In this document: positions 26,004 to 35,513 of the stretch, in pieces | Layout of the letters: the number at the start of each line of letters is the position of its first letter | Numbering within the stretch: position 1 is the stretch's first letter | Origin: Gaiellales bacterium | GTDB taxonomy: Bacteria > Actinomycetota > Thermoleophilia > Gaiellales > JAICJC01 | Assembly (NCBI GenBank): GCA_035473255.1 | Contig: DATIOK010000055.1 | Location: 1,924-65,923, forward strand | Direction: 5' to 3' | Length of the DNA stretch: 64,000 bases | Program-made: the position numbers and the translations under genes | The notes under the pieces: model-generated | What the model saw: the letters and a program-made list of their open reading frames with translations, nothing else | Databases searched by the model: none | Told to the model about the DNA's origin: nothing

Positions 26004-26633
26004 CTACAGGCCCAGAGCCGCGCGCACGCCCACGAAGTCGTCGAACGGCTCGTAGGCGACGCCCTCGGCCTCCATGTCCCGGGCCAGGCCGCGCCGCGCG
26101 AACACGCGGTCGGCGGCAAGCGCCGCGCAGCGGTCGGAGAAGCCGTCACCCACGTAGACAACATCGCCGCCGTCCCGTAGCGCCGCGACCACCGACCGCT
26201 TGCACTCCTGCCCGCAGACGTCGCACTCCTCGCCGTGGCGGAACTCCACGACCCCACCCTCCGGCGAGAACCGCACCTCATGCGCGAACAGCTCCACCTC
26301 GGGCACACCCTCGCGCAGCAGCACCGGCCGGATGATCGCCTCGAACCCGCTCGACACCACCACCACCCGGTGCCCCGCCGCCTGCGCGGCCGCCACGAAG
26401 TCGGCGAAGCCGGCCCGCACCCGCACCCGCGCGACCGCCTCCGCCACGATCGTGTGGTGGTCGCCGCGCACCGCGGCGAACTCGCGCTCGATGCACTGGT
26501 GCAGCGTGATCCGCCCGGCGTCGAGGTCACCCTCCAGCTCGTCGAACAGCTGCGGCGCGTGCGTCTGCACGATCTCGACGAGGCTGTCTGACTCGGTGAT
26601 CGTGCCGTCGAAGTCGACGACGATCAGGGCCAC
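26004..26633 (-). CDS. HAD-IB phosphatase (MtnX-like)
   Basis: DFDGTIT, VVSSG, CKRS, YVGDGFSDRC. Confidence 0.85.
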   Translation of the reverse strand: MALIVVDFDGTITESDSLVEIVQTHAPQLFDELEGDLDAGRITLHQCIEREFAAVRGDHHTIVAEAVARVRVRAGFADFVAAAQAAGHRVVVVSSGFEAIIRPVLLREGVPEVELFAHEVRFSPEGGVVEFRHGEECDVCGQECKRSVVAALRDGGDVVYVGDGFSDRCAALAADRVFARRGLARDMEAEGVAYEPFDDFVGVRAALGL

Positions 26634-26637
26634 GCCG

Positions 26638-26922
26638 CTAGTGCGCTCCCTGCCACTTCGCGATCGTCTGGGCGTCGTGGCCGACGGCCATCAGCTGGTA
26701 CAGCGGCTTGGGGCTCTTCAGGGTCTTGATGGTGTCCATCCTGCCCACCGAGATGCCCTGGCGCTGGCAGAACGTGAGCAGCGCCTGGCGGTCGGACGAG
26801 AGCACCCGCCACACCGTCTCCTGGCGATGGCGGTCGAAATCCGGGTACACGCCCACCTGTCCGGCCACAGCCCTGGCGATGGCCTCGTTGTACTGCTCGC
26901 GGTAGTCGTGTTCATCGCTCAT
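26638..26922 (-). CDS. Hypothetical protein
   Basis: ATG 26922 (MSDEHDYREQ...), GC3-rich codons, 4-nt gap to the HAD gene. Confidence 0.6.
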   Translation of the reverse strand: MSDEHDYREQYNEAIARAVAGQVGVYPDFDRHRQETVWRVLSSDRQALLTFCQRQGISVGRMDTIKTLKSPKPLYQLMAVGHDAQTIAKWQGAH

Positions 26923-26953
26923 GGGACGTCGCGACAGTCTACTGTTCGCAAGC

Positions 26954-27817
26954 ATGAGCATCCGCACCTTCGGCGCCCAGAGCATGACCGCGCAGCTGCG
27001 CGACGTGCTGGTAAAGCGCCCCGCTGCGGCCTTCGGCGCCGCCTTCGACGATCCCGCCCACGGCTACCTGCACCCCGTCGACCTGGACGCCGCCCAGCGC
27101 GAGCACGACGCGCTGACGGCGATCCTGGCCGACCTGGGCGCGACCGTCCACGAGCTGGACTCCGACTACGACCCCGACCTCACCTACACGTTCGACCCGG
27201 CGCTGGTCACCGACCGCGGCGTGCTGCCGCTGCTGGCCGGCAAGCGCAACCGGGTCGGCGAGGAGTTGGTGATCGAGCGCTGGTGCAACGAGCACGGCAT
27301 CCCCACGCTGGGGCGGATCGAGTCACCCGGCACGGCGGAGGGTGGCGACACGTTCTGGCTGGACGAGCGCACCCTGTGCGTGGGCCGGACGCTTCGCACC
27401 AACCGCGCCGGCGTCGCGCAGCTCCGCTCCATCATTGAACCTGAGGTAGAGGTTGAGATATTCGACGTCCCCTACTGGAAAGGCGCCGGGGAGCTGGTGC
27501 ACCTGATGAGCGTGATCTCGCCGATCGCAGACGACCTGGCGGTGGTGTTCCTGCCGCTCTTCCCGTGCGGCCTGCTGGAGTTGCTGCAGGAGCGGAGCGT
27601 GCGGCTGGTGGAGGTGCCCGAGGAGGAGTACCTCTCGCTCGGCTGCAACGTGCTGGCCGTCAGCCCCGGCGTGGCCGTTGTCGCGGACGGTAACCCGGTC
27701 ACGCGCGCGCGGCTGGAGGCCGCCGGCGCCGAGGTGCATGCCTTTCCCGCCGGCCAGGTGGGCGTGAACGGCAGCGGCGGGCCGACCTGCCTGACCCGTC
27801 CCATCCTGCGCGGATGA
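26954..27817 (+). CDS. Amidinotransferase/pentein family hydrolase (DDAH/arginine deiminase-like)
   Basis: YTFDP, EGGD, RTNRAG, HLMS, C-terminal GGPTCLTRP. Confidence 0.88.
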   Translation: MSIRTFGAQSMTAQLRDVLVKRPAAAFGAAFDDPAHGYLHPVDLDAAQREHDALTAILADLGATVHELDSDYDPDLTYTFDPALVTDRGVLPLLAGKRNRVGEELVIERWCNEHGIPTLGRIESPGTAEGGDTFWLDERTLCVGRTLRTNRAGVAQLRSIIEPEVEVEIFDVPYWKGAGELVHLMSVISPIADDLAVVFLPLFPCGLLELLQERSVRLVEVPEEEYLSLGCNVLAVSPGVAVVADGNPVTRARLEAAGAEVHAFPAGQVGVNGSGGPTCLTRPILRG

Positions 27818-29082
27818 AGAACCTGACGCCCGCGGAGCTGGCCGCCGTCGCGGCCGTCGACCGCGACCGCATCGGCGACGACCTGGCGGCGCTGGTGCGG
27901 ATTCCCAGCGTCACCGGCGAGGAGGGCGCCGTGCAAACCGAGGCGGCCCTGCGGATGGCGCACGCCGGGCTGGAGGTGACCCGCGTCGACGCCGACCCGT
28001 CACAGCTGGCCGGCGACCCCGACTTCCCGGGCATGGAGGCGCCGCGCACGACGTTGCCGGTGGTGGCGGGCGCCGTCGGCCTGGTCGGCGCGCCGCGCCG
28101 GGTGATCATCGCCGGCCACATCGACACGGTGTCACCGGGCCAGCGCGAGGACTGGAGCACCGACCCGTTCGGCGCGGAGCTGCGCGACAGCCGCCTGTAC
28201 GGGCGCGGCTCCCTGGACATGAAGGGCGGCGTGGTGGCCGGACTGGCCGCGCTGCGGGCGCTGGTCGACACCGAGACCGAACTGCAGGGCGAGGCGGTGC
28301 TGGTGACCGTGCCCAGCGAGGAGGACGGCGGCGCCGGCATGCTGGCCGCGATCCGGGCCGGCTACGTGGCCGAGATGGCCGTCATCACCGAGCCCACCAG
28401 GCTCGAGATCGTGACCGCGCAGGCCGGGGCGATCACGTTCCTGCTGACGGTCAGCGGCCGCTCCGCCCACGCCGCCTACCGCCTCGAGGGCATCTCCGCC
28501 ATCGAGAAGCTGCGCGTCATCCACGACGGGCTGCTGGCCGACGAGCGCGAACGCAACGAGAGCGAGCAGAACCCGGCAATGCGCGATCTCGGCCTCCCCT
28601 ACCCCACCAACCTGGGGCGCATATCCGGCGGCGACTGGTCGTCGACCGTTCCCGACCGGGTCACCGTCGAGGGCCGCTACGGCGTGCGCGTCGGCGAGAC
28701 GCCGGAGCAGGCCGAACAGGCCCTGCGAGACGCCGTGGCGGCTGCCTGCGCCGGCGACGAGTGGCTGCGCGACCACCCCGCCTCGATAGAGATCACCGGC
28801 GGGCGCTTCGCCTCGGCGGTCGTGCCCCACACCCACCCGCTGCCCTGGGGCCTGGGCGAGGCCGCCCGCGACGTGCTGGGCAAGCTGCCCGCCTTCGTGG
28901 GCGTCCCCTACGGCGCCGACATGCGGCTGCTGATCCACGAGGGCGCCACGCCGACTGTCCTCTACGGCCCCGGCGATCCGTTCCTGGCCCACGCCCCGGA
29001 CGAGCACGTCGAGCTCGAGGACGTCGCGCGGTGCGCGCGGGTGCTGGCGGTGTGGGTGATGCGGGCGCTCGCGTGGGGCTAG
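27814..29082 (+). CDS. ArgE/DapE family M20 metallo-deacylase
   Basis: GHIDTV, YGRGSLDMKGG, SEEDGG, TEPT, GRSAH, HAPDEHV. Confidence 0.9.
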   Translation: MKNLTPAELAAVAAVDRDRIGDDLAALVRIPSVTGEEGAVQTEAALRMAHAGLEVTRVDADPSQLAGDPDFPGMEAPRTTLPVVAGAVGLVGAPRRVIIAGHIDTVSPGQREDWSTDPFGAELRDSRLYGRGSLDMKGGVVAGLAALRALVDTETELQGEAVLVTVPSEEDGGAGMLAAIRAGYVAEMAVITEPTRLEIVTAQAGAITFLLTVSGRSAHAAYRLEGISAIEKLRVIHDGLLADERERNESEQNPAMRDLGLPYPTNLGRISGGDWSSTVPDRVTVEGRYGVRVGETPEQAEQALRDAVAAACAGDEWLRDHPASIEITGGRFASAVVPHTHPLPWGLGEAARDVLGKLPAFVGVPYGADMRLLIHEGATPTVLYGPGDPFLAHAPDEHVELEDVARCARVLAVWVMRALAWG

Positions 29083-30200
29083 GGCACGCGCAGCGACCAC
29101 GGCGCCAGCGGCACGATCGCCAGCAGCACGATCCCGGCGGCAAGGAAGGCGGTCCCCGGCGAAGCGTCGTAGACCGGCAGCCACGCCAGCGGCGCCACCG
29201 CCGTACCGGAGAACTTGAAGGCGGCAAACAGCGACACGGCGCCGCCGCGGTTGGCGGGCACGGCCTCCACGGCGATGGTGTTCAGGGCCGCCCACAGCAG
29301 CGCCGACACCGCGCCCGCCGCGAACCACAGCAGCGCCATCGCCCCGACCGACGGAGCGATGCCGAGCGGCGCGATCATGGCGGCGCAGCCGATCGCCGCC
29401 AGCACCGCCGCCCGGGCCGGGCCCAGCCGCTCCGAGCCGAGCCCGCCCAGCCGCCCGAACAGGAGACCGGCGGCTCCGTAGACGGCCAGCACCGCGCCGC
29501 GGCCGGTGGCGCCCAGCGCGAACGCGTCGTCCGCGCGCAGCGAGATCAGGAAGGCGAGGCCGGCCATGCCCAGGTAGCCCGCGAACCCGGCGGCGCACAG
29601 CAGCCCCATCCGCGGCGTCGCCACCGAGCGCAGCGTCGGCAGCTGCTCACCCACGGCCCGGATCGGGTCGGGCGGCGGCATCAGCATCAGACCCAGGGAA
29701 ACCAGCGCCGGCAGGATGAACGCCAGCCGCCAGCTGCCCTCGGCGGCCAGACCGCCCAGCAGCGGCGCCAGCGACAGCCCGCCTGCCTGCACGCCCGCGA
29801 ACATGCCCACCGCGCGGCCGCGCTCGCCGGCCGGTACCGCGTCGGCCAGCCCCGCCAGGAGCAGCGGCGTCGTGAACGCGTTGGCCGTTCCCTGCAGCGC
29901 GCGCGACACCAGGAAGATGCCGATCGTAGGCGCCACCGCGGCCAGTAGCAGCGCCACCGCGTACACGAGGTAGGCGGCGCGCACGGCGCGGCGGCGGCCG
30001 ATCCGCTCGCCGATCGTGCCCGACACGACCTGCAGCAGCGCGAACGGCACCAGGTAGGCCGGCACCGCCAGCGCCACCTGATCGGTGGTCGCGTGGAAGG
30101 CGTCGCGCAGCTCCGGGATCAGCACAGCCAGCACGGCGCCGCCGAACGGCCCCAGGAAGCCGCCCAGATACAGCGGCAGCGTGGCGCGCCGGCCCGTCAC
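29079..30200 (-). CDS. MFS transporter
   Basis: About 12 TM segments; SGTIGERIGRRR motif-A-like loop; start GTG 30200. Confidence 0.85.
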   Translation of the reverse strand: MTGRRATLPLYLGGFLGPFGGAVLAVLIPELRDAFHATTDQVALAVPAYLVPFALLQVVSGTIGERIGRRRAVRAAYLVYAVALLLAAVAPTIGIFLVSRALQGTANAFTTPLLLAGLADAVPAGERGRAVGMFAGVQAGGLSLAPLLGGLAAEGSWRLAFILPALVSLGLMLMPPPDPIRAVGEQLPTLRSVATPRMGLLCAAGFAGYLGMAGLAFLISLRADDAFALGATGRGAVLAVYGAAGLLFGRLGGLGSERLGPARAAVLAAIGCAAMIAPLGIAPSVGAMALLWFAAGAVSALLWAALNTIAVEAVPANRGGAVSLFAAFKFSGTAVAPLAWLPVYDASPGTAFLAAGIVLLAIVPLAPWSLRVP

Positions 30201-31090
30201 TCGCGCACCGTCGCACCCGGCATCAGCCGGCCCATCGAAACCCCGCCCACGATCACGGCGCCGCCCAGGATCTGCAGGCCGGTGACCTGCTCGCCCAGCA
30301 GCCAGGCCGCGAACAGCGCGCCTAGGAATGGCTGCAGGTACATGTAGAGCGTGGCTCGCGAGGCGCCGATCGTGCGCAGCGCGCGGAAGTAGAGCAGGTT
30401 GGTGACCAGCACCGGGAAGATCGTCGAGTATCCCCAGGCGGCCCAGTGCAGGCCGCTGAGGCCGCCCCAGTCCTGCTCGTGCATCTGGGGCAGGCCGAAG
30501 GGCAGGATCATGACGCCGCCGATCGACACCATCAGCGCGCTGATGCGAGCGGCCGAGTAGCGGCCGAACAGCGGCCGCAGCATCACGGAGTAGGCGGCCC
30601 AGGTGATGGCGGCACCCACGGCCAGCAGGTCGCCGACCAGGCTCACACCGGCCACGCCGGAGCCGCCCTGGATCACCAGCACCACGCCGGCCACCGACAC
30701 GGCCAGCGCCAGCCAGTGCTTGGGCTGCACGTGCTCGTGCCCGGCGAGCGACGCGAACAGCGCCGCGAACGCGGGGGCGGAGGCCAGGATCAGGGCGGTG
30801 TTGCCGGCGGTGGTCTTGTCGACCGCGTAGTTGAACGTGAGCTGGTTGAGCAGGATGCCCACGGCCGCGGTGGCCACCACCAGCTTCACGTCCGAGCGCC
30901 GGATGCGCAGGCTGCCCTCGCGCCACAGCACGAACAGGGCGAAGATGATGCCCGCGCAGAGAAAGCGCGTGGCCGAGAATGCCAGCGGCAGCCACTCGCC
31001 GAAGGCGTACTTTGTGGTCGCGTAGTTCAACGACCAGAGGACGTTCGCGAGCACCAGCATGGCATCCGCGGAGTCCGGTGTTCGGCGCAC
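30197..31090 (-). CDS. EamA/DMT family transporter
   Basis: 10 TM segments, LWSLNY, GDLLAVGAAITWAAY, YLQP, LLGE; start 31090 or 31060. Confidence 0.88.
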   Translation of the reverse strand: MRRTPDSADAMLVLANVLWSLNYATTKYAFGEWLPLAFSATRFLCAGIIFALFVLWREGSLRIRRSDVKLVVATAAVGILLNQLTFNYAVDKTTAGNTALILASAPAFAALFASLAGHEHVQPKHWLALAVSVAGVVLVIQGGSGVAGVSLVGDLLAVGAAITWAAYSVMLRPLFGRYSAARISALMVSIGGVMILPFGLPQMHEQDWGGLSGLHWAAWGYSTIFPVLVTNLLYFRALRTIGASRATLYMYLQPFLGALFAAWLLGEQVTGLQILGGAVIVGGVSMGRLMPGATVRE

Positions 31091-31144
31091 GCGCAGAGGG
31101 TAGCCGGGCGGTCAGAGCGCCCGCCGCAGGTGTACCCTGGCGGC

Positions 31145-31905
31145 ATGTCCTCCGAGCAACTGACCGCCGACGACCTGCTTTCGCTGTGCGCCCGCGCGCA
31201 TGGGGCGACCGGGCGGCTGACCGCATCGCCGGCGTCGCCTCGGCAGCAAACGCTGCGGAAGCTGGCCGGATACGTCAACGACCGCATGACCGCCGCCGCG
31301 CTTGCGCACGAGCGCGACGCGGTCTCGATCGAGGTCGTTCACGGGCTGCAGGACGCCGTGCAGGCGCTGGTGTTTGCCGATCTGCTCTCGCAGATCGGGG
31401 TTGACGCCGACGGCTACATCAGGCTCGACCGCGACGGGGTTCGTCCTGCGATCGCACCAACCCCGCCGAACGCGGTCTGCATGCCGGCTTCCTGGAGCAG
31501 GTGGACGGCATCTCGGCCGCGCTGTTCGTCGTTGCGGATGAGCTGCTGGAAGTCGCGTACGCCTCCCGGACAACGCCCGATCTGGAGGTGGCGGACGCCG
31601 ACCAGGCCGTGCAGATGCTCGCCGATTCGTGCACCGCACACCTGCGCCAGGCGGACGGCGGCGAGGTGCCCGCCGAGCCGGAGCAGCGCGAGCGCGGCAT
31701 GGTCTGGCTGACGTTCTGCCGGCGCACGTTGGAGCGCTCGCTCGCCGTGCTCGAGACGCTGCGCGACGAACGGGACGAAGACCTGGCCTGGGCCGGGCTG
31801 GTCGAGCTGTCGCGTGCCCCCGGCCTCTACCGCGAGCTGGGGCCGGCGATGCCGGGGTCGCAGCACCTGCTGGAGCTGGCGGCGACTGTCGCCGAGTCTC
31901 CCTAG
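31145..31905 (+). pseudogene. Hypothetical gene apparently frameshifted near 31435-31460
   Basis: Coding-like MSSEQLT...IRLDRDG in one frame continues as ...ERGLHAGFLEQVDGISAAL...AESP* in another. Confidence 0.5.
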
Positions 31906-31922
31906 ATACCCCTTGGGGGTAT
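31906..31922. promoter_or_regulatory. CsoR operator
   Basis: ATACCCC-TTG-GGGGTAT palindrome immediately upstream of the copA -10 (TAGGCT, 31925). Confidence 0.85.
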
Positions 31923-31936
31923 GCTAGGCTGGGTGC

Positions 31937-34126
31937 ATGGCACAGACGCGCGAGCACCTCGAGCTGCCTGTCGAGGGCATGAGCTGCGCGTCCTGCGCCG
32001 GCCGCATCGAGCGGCGGCTGAACGGCCTCGACGGCGTCCACGCCACCGTCAACTTCGCCACGGAGCGTGCCGCAGTCGATTTCGACCCCGGCCGTGCCGA
32101 ACCGCGCCTGATCCTGCGCACCATTGAGGAGACCGGGTACCGGGCACGGCTGCCCGGGGCCGACACCGTGCCTCCGCCACCCGCGGCCGGCAGGAGCGTC
32201 GACGTCCGGCTGGCGGCGTCGGCGTCGCTGTCCCTGCCGGTGCTGCTGCTGGCGATGGTGCCGTCGCTGCAGTTCGACGGCTGGCAGTGGATCTCGTTCG
32301 CGCTGGCCACCGTGGTCGTGTTCTGGGGAGGCGCCGAGTTCCACCGCGCGGCGCTGAGCTCCCTGCGCCACGGCGCCGCCACGATGGACACGCTGATCTC
32401 GATCGGCACCCTGGCCGCATGGGCGTGGTCGGCGGTCGCGATCCTGTTCCTGGACGCGGGCGGGCTGCACTACCGCATGTCGATCGACTGGTCGCTGCAG
32501 ACGGGCGGCTCTCCGGGAGAGGGCCTGTACCTGGAGGTGGCCGCGGTGGTCACGACCCTGGTGCTGGCCGGCCGGTTCTTCGAGGCACGCGCAAAGCGTC
32601 AAGCCGGGGCCGCGCTGCGCGCGCTGCTGGAGCTGGGCGCGCCGGAGGCGACACTGCTCGCGGATGGCCTCGAACGGCGCGTGCCCACCGCACAGCTGGT
32701 CGTGGGCGACAGCCTCGTGGTGCGGCCGGGTGAGCGCATCGCCACCGACGGGCTGGTGCTGGAGGGCCGGTCAGCGGTCGACCGCTCGCTTCTGACCGGT
32801 GAAAGCGTACCCGTCGACGTGGGCCCCGGCGACACCGTGACCGGCTCCACGGTGAACGGTGAAGGGCGGCTGGTCGTCCGGGCAACCGCGGTCGGCGCGG
32901 GCACGGCCGTCGCCCGCATCGGCCGCATGGTCACCGCAGCCCAGAGCGGCAAGGCTGACGCCCAGCGGCTGGCCGATCGCGTCTCGGCCGTGTTCGTCCC
33001 GATCGTGATCGCGCTGTCCGCGGCCGCGCTGGCGTTCTGGCTGCTGGACGGCGCCGGAACCGCCGAGGCGTTCGGCGCCGCGGTGGCCGTGCTGGTGGTG
33101 GCCTGCCCGTGCGCGCTGGGCCTGGCCACGCCCACCGCGCTGCTGGTCGGCACAGGGCGCGGCGCCCAGCTGGGCGTGCTGATCAAAGGCCCCGAGGTGC
33201 TGGAGCAGACGCGGCGCGTGACCATGATCGTGCTCGACAAGACCGGCACCGTCACCACAGGCCGCATGCGCGTCGCCGAGGTGATCGCAACCGGTGACGT
33301 CCCCGCCGCGCGGCTGCTGCAGCTGGCCGGTGCAGCCGCCGCCGCGAGCGACCACCCGGTGTCGCGCGCCATCGCCGATCATGCCCGGGCCGCAGGCCCG
33401 CTGCCGGCTGCGGTCGAGGCGCGCACGCTGCCCGGGCGCGGCGCCCAGGCGAAGGTGGACGGCCACACCATTGTGGTCGGACGCGGCAGCGACCACCGGG
33501 ATTCCACGGACGAGGACGGCACCGTGGCCGGCGTGACATGCGACGGCAGCGCGATCGGCCAGATCCGGCTGACCGACGCGGTCAAGCCCGAGGCAGCCGA
33601 GGCGATCATCGAGCTGCGCCGGCTGGGGCTGGAGCCGTTCCTGCTCAGCGGTGACAACGACCAGGCGGTGGCGGCGGTCGCGCGCAGCGTCGGCATCGAC
33701 CGCTACCGGGCCGGTGTGCTGCCCGAGGACAAGGCCAGGGAGGTGCGGCACCTGCAGGATGCCGGGGCGGTTGTCGCCATGGTCGGAGACGGCGTCAACG
33801 ACGCTCCCGCGCTCGCCCAGGCCGACCTGGGCCTGGCCATGGGCACCGGCACCGACGTGGCCGTCGAGGCCGGCGACCTGACGCTGGTGTCTGGCGACCT
33901 GCGTGCGGCCGGCGACGCCATCCGGCTGGCGCGGCGCACCCTGGCCGTGATCAAGGGCAACCTGTTCTGGGCGTTCGCCTACAACGTGGTTCTGATTCCG
34001 CTGGCCTTCGCCGGCCTGCTGAACCCGATGCTCGCCGCGGCCGCCATGGCCTGCTCGAGCCTGTTCGTCGTGACCAACAGCCTGCGGCTGCGGAGCTTCC
34101 GGAGCCGCCGAGAGGAGCCGGTCTGA
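31937..34126 (+). CDS. copA: Cu(I)-translocating P1B-type ATPase
   Basis: GMSCASC metal-binding domain, LTGES, CPCALGLATP, DKTGT, HP, GDGVND, YN and MACSS. Confidence 0.95.
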   Translation: MAQTREHLELPVEGMSCASCAGRIERRLNGLDGVHATVNFATERAAVDFDPGRAEPRLILRTIEETGYRARLPGADTVPPPPAAGRSVDVRLAASASLSLPVLLLAMVPSLQFDGWQWISFALATVVVFWGGAEFHRAALSSLRHGAATMDTLISIGTLAAWAWSAVAILFLDAGGLHYRMSIDWSLQTGGSPGEGLYLEVAAVVTTLVLAGRFFEARAKRQAGAALRALLELGAPEATLLADGLERRVPTAQLVVGDSLVVRPGERIATDGLVLEGRSAVDRSLLTGESVPVDVGPGDTVTGSTVNGEGRLVVRATAVGAGTAVARIGRMVTAAQSGKADAQRLADRVSAVFVPIVIALSAAALAFWLLDGAGTAEAFGAAVAVLVVACPCALGLATPTALLVGTGRGAQLGVLIKGPEVLEQTRRVTMIVLDKTGTVTTGRMRVAEVIATGDVPAARLLQLAGAAAAASDHPVSRAIADHARAAGPLPAAVEARTLPGRGAQAKVDGHTIVVGRGSDHRDSTDEDGTVAGVTCDGSAIGQIRLTDAVKPEAAEAIIELRRLGLEPFLLSGDNDQAVAAVARSVGIDRYRAGVLPEDKAREVRHLQDAGAVVAMVGDGVNDAPALAQADLGLAMGTGTDVAVEAGDLTLVSGDLRAAGDAIRLARRTLAVIKGNLFWAFAYNVVLIPLAFAGLLNPMLAAAAMACSSLFVVTNSLRLRSFRSRREEPV

Positions 34127-34413
34127 TGCAGGGATACAGCGGGGAGAAGGACGCGATCAAAAAGCGGCTGCATCGGATCGAGGGCCAGGTGCGCGGGATC
34201 GAGCGGATGGTCGAGGACGACCGCTACTGCATCGACATACTCGACCAGATCAGCGCCGTCTCGACGGCGCTCGAGCAGGTCGGGCTGCGGGTGCTGGACG
34301 GCCACGTCAACCACTGCGTCAGCGACGCGATGCGCTCCGGTGACCCGCAGGCTGCGGAGGCCAAGACCCAGGAGCTGCTGCACGCGGTGGAACGGTTCGC
34401 GCGGGCTCGCTAA
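34126..34413 (+). CDS. csoR: Copper-sensing repressor
   Basis: RLHRIEGQVRG, YCIDIL, HVNHC (C-H-C ligands); TGATG coupling. Confidence 0.93.
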   Translation: MQGYSGEKDAIKKRLHRIEGQVRGIERMVEDDRYCIDILDQISAVSTALEQVGLRVLDGHVNHCVSDAMRSGDPQAAEAKTQELLHAVERFARAR

Positions 34414-34434
34414 GGTCGGGGCTAGGCTTGGCGG

Positions 34435-34980
34435 ATGCCGATGGCCTACCCCGATCCCCCGCTCACGGACGGCGAGATCGCGCTGCGGCCGTGGTCGATG
34501 CAGGACGTTTCCGCCGCAGTGCGCTGCTGCAACGAGGAGCAGATCCGTCGCTTCATCCCGCCCCTGCCGATCCCTTACACCGAGGACGACGCGATCACGT
34601 TCATCGGCGCGGCCCAGCAGCGGCTCGAGGATGGCTCCGTGACGCTGGTGATCGGCGACGCCGCGGATGCCGCCCTGCGCGGCTCGATCGGCCTGCGCAC
34701 CATCGCCCCCGGCGTTGCCCAGACCGGCTACTGGGTGGCGTCGGAGGCGCGCGGGTGCGGCCTGGCCTCCAAGGCGCTCGTGCTGCTGTCGCGCTGGGCG
34801 CTGGCGTCGCTGCCACTGATCCGTCTGCAGCTGTTCACCGACGTCGACAACCCAGCCTCGATGCGGGTGGCCGAGCGGGCCGGATTCGCACGGGAAGGCA
34901 TGCTCCGCAACTGGTACGACCTGCGCGGCGAGCGGCGCGATGCCGTCATGTTCTCGCTGCTGCCGGGTGAGCGACCGTGA
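34435..34980 (+). CDS. RimJ/RimL-type GNAT acetyltransferase (paralog 1)
   Basis: GYWVASEARGCGLAS, NPASMRVAERAGF.REG. Confidence 0.88.
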   Translation: MPMAYPDPPLTDGEIALRPWSMQDVSAAVRCCNEEQIRRFIPPLPIPYTEDDAITFIGAAQQRLEDGSVTLVIGDAADAALRGSIGLRTIAPGVAQTGYWVASEARGCGLASKALVLLSRWALASLPLIRLQLFTDVDNPASMRVAERAGFAREGMLRNWYDLRGERRDAVMFSLLPGERP

Positions 34981-35513
34981 ACGCAGCTCCCGACCCGCCG
35001 CTGGCAGATGAGGCGGTGGCGCTGAGGCCCTGGACAGACGGCGACATCGACGAGCTGGTGCGCTGCTGCAACGACCCCGACGTACGGCGCTTCATTCCCG
35101 TGATCCCGATCCCCTACACGGCCGAGGACGCCCGGGCATTCGTGGCCCGCACCGTGGTGGCGGGCGAGCTGAACCTGGCGGTCACCGACCGAGCCACCGG
35201 CGCGCTGTTGGGAGCGGTGGGCGTGGGCGTCAAGCCGTGGGACGCGGGCATGGCCGAGATCGGCTACTGGCTGGCTCCGGAGGCGCGCGGCCGCGGCGCC
35301 GCCACCCGGGCGCTGGTGCTCCTGTCCCGGTGGACGCTGCGGGAATGGCCGATCGGCCGCCTGCACCTGATGGCCGACGTCGATAACACGGCCTCCCAGG
35401 CGGTGGCGGAGCGGGCCGGCTTCACCCGCGAGGGCGTGATGCGATCGGGCATGCTGGCGCGCGGCGTCGCCCGCGACCACGTCGTGTTCTCGCTGCTGCC
35501 GGGTGAGGCGTGA
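34977..35513 (+). CDS. RimJ/RimL-type GNAT acetyltransferase (paralog 2)
   Basis: GYWLAPEARGRGAAT, NTASQAVAERAGF.REG; shares PDPPL and FSLLPGE with paralog 1. Confidence 0.88.
   Translation: MNAAPDPPLADEAVALRPWTDGDIDELVRCCNDPDVRRFIPVIPIPYTAEDARAFVARTVVAGELNLAVTDRATGALLGAVGVGVKPWDAGMAEIGYWLAPEARGRGAATRALVLLSRWTLREWPIGRLHLMADVDNTASQAVAERAGFTREGVMRSGMLARGVARDHVVFSLLPGEA

Noticed and set aside
31906-35513. copA-csoR and tandem GNATs as a novel system
   Set aside because: Standard copper-efflux module with a canonical operator; the GNAT pair is a simple tandem duplication with its own promoter
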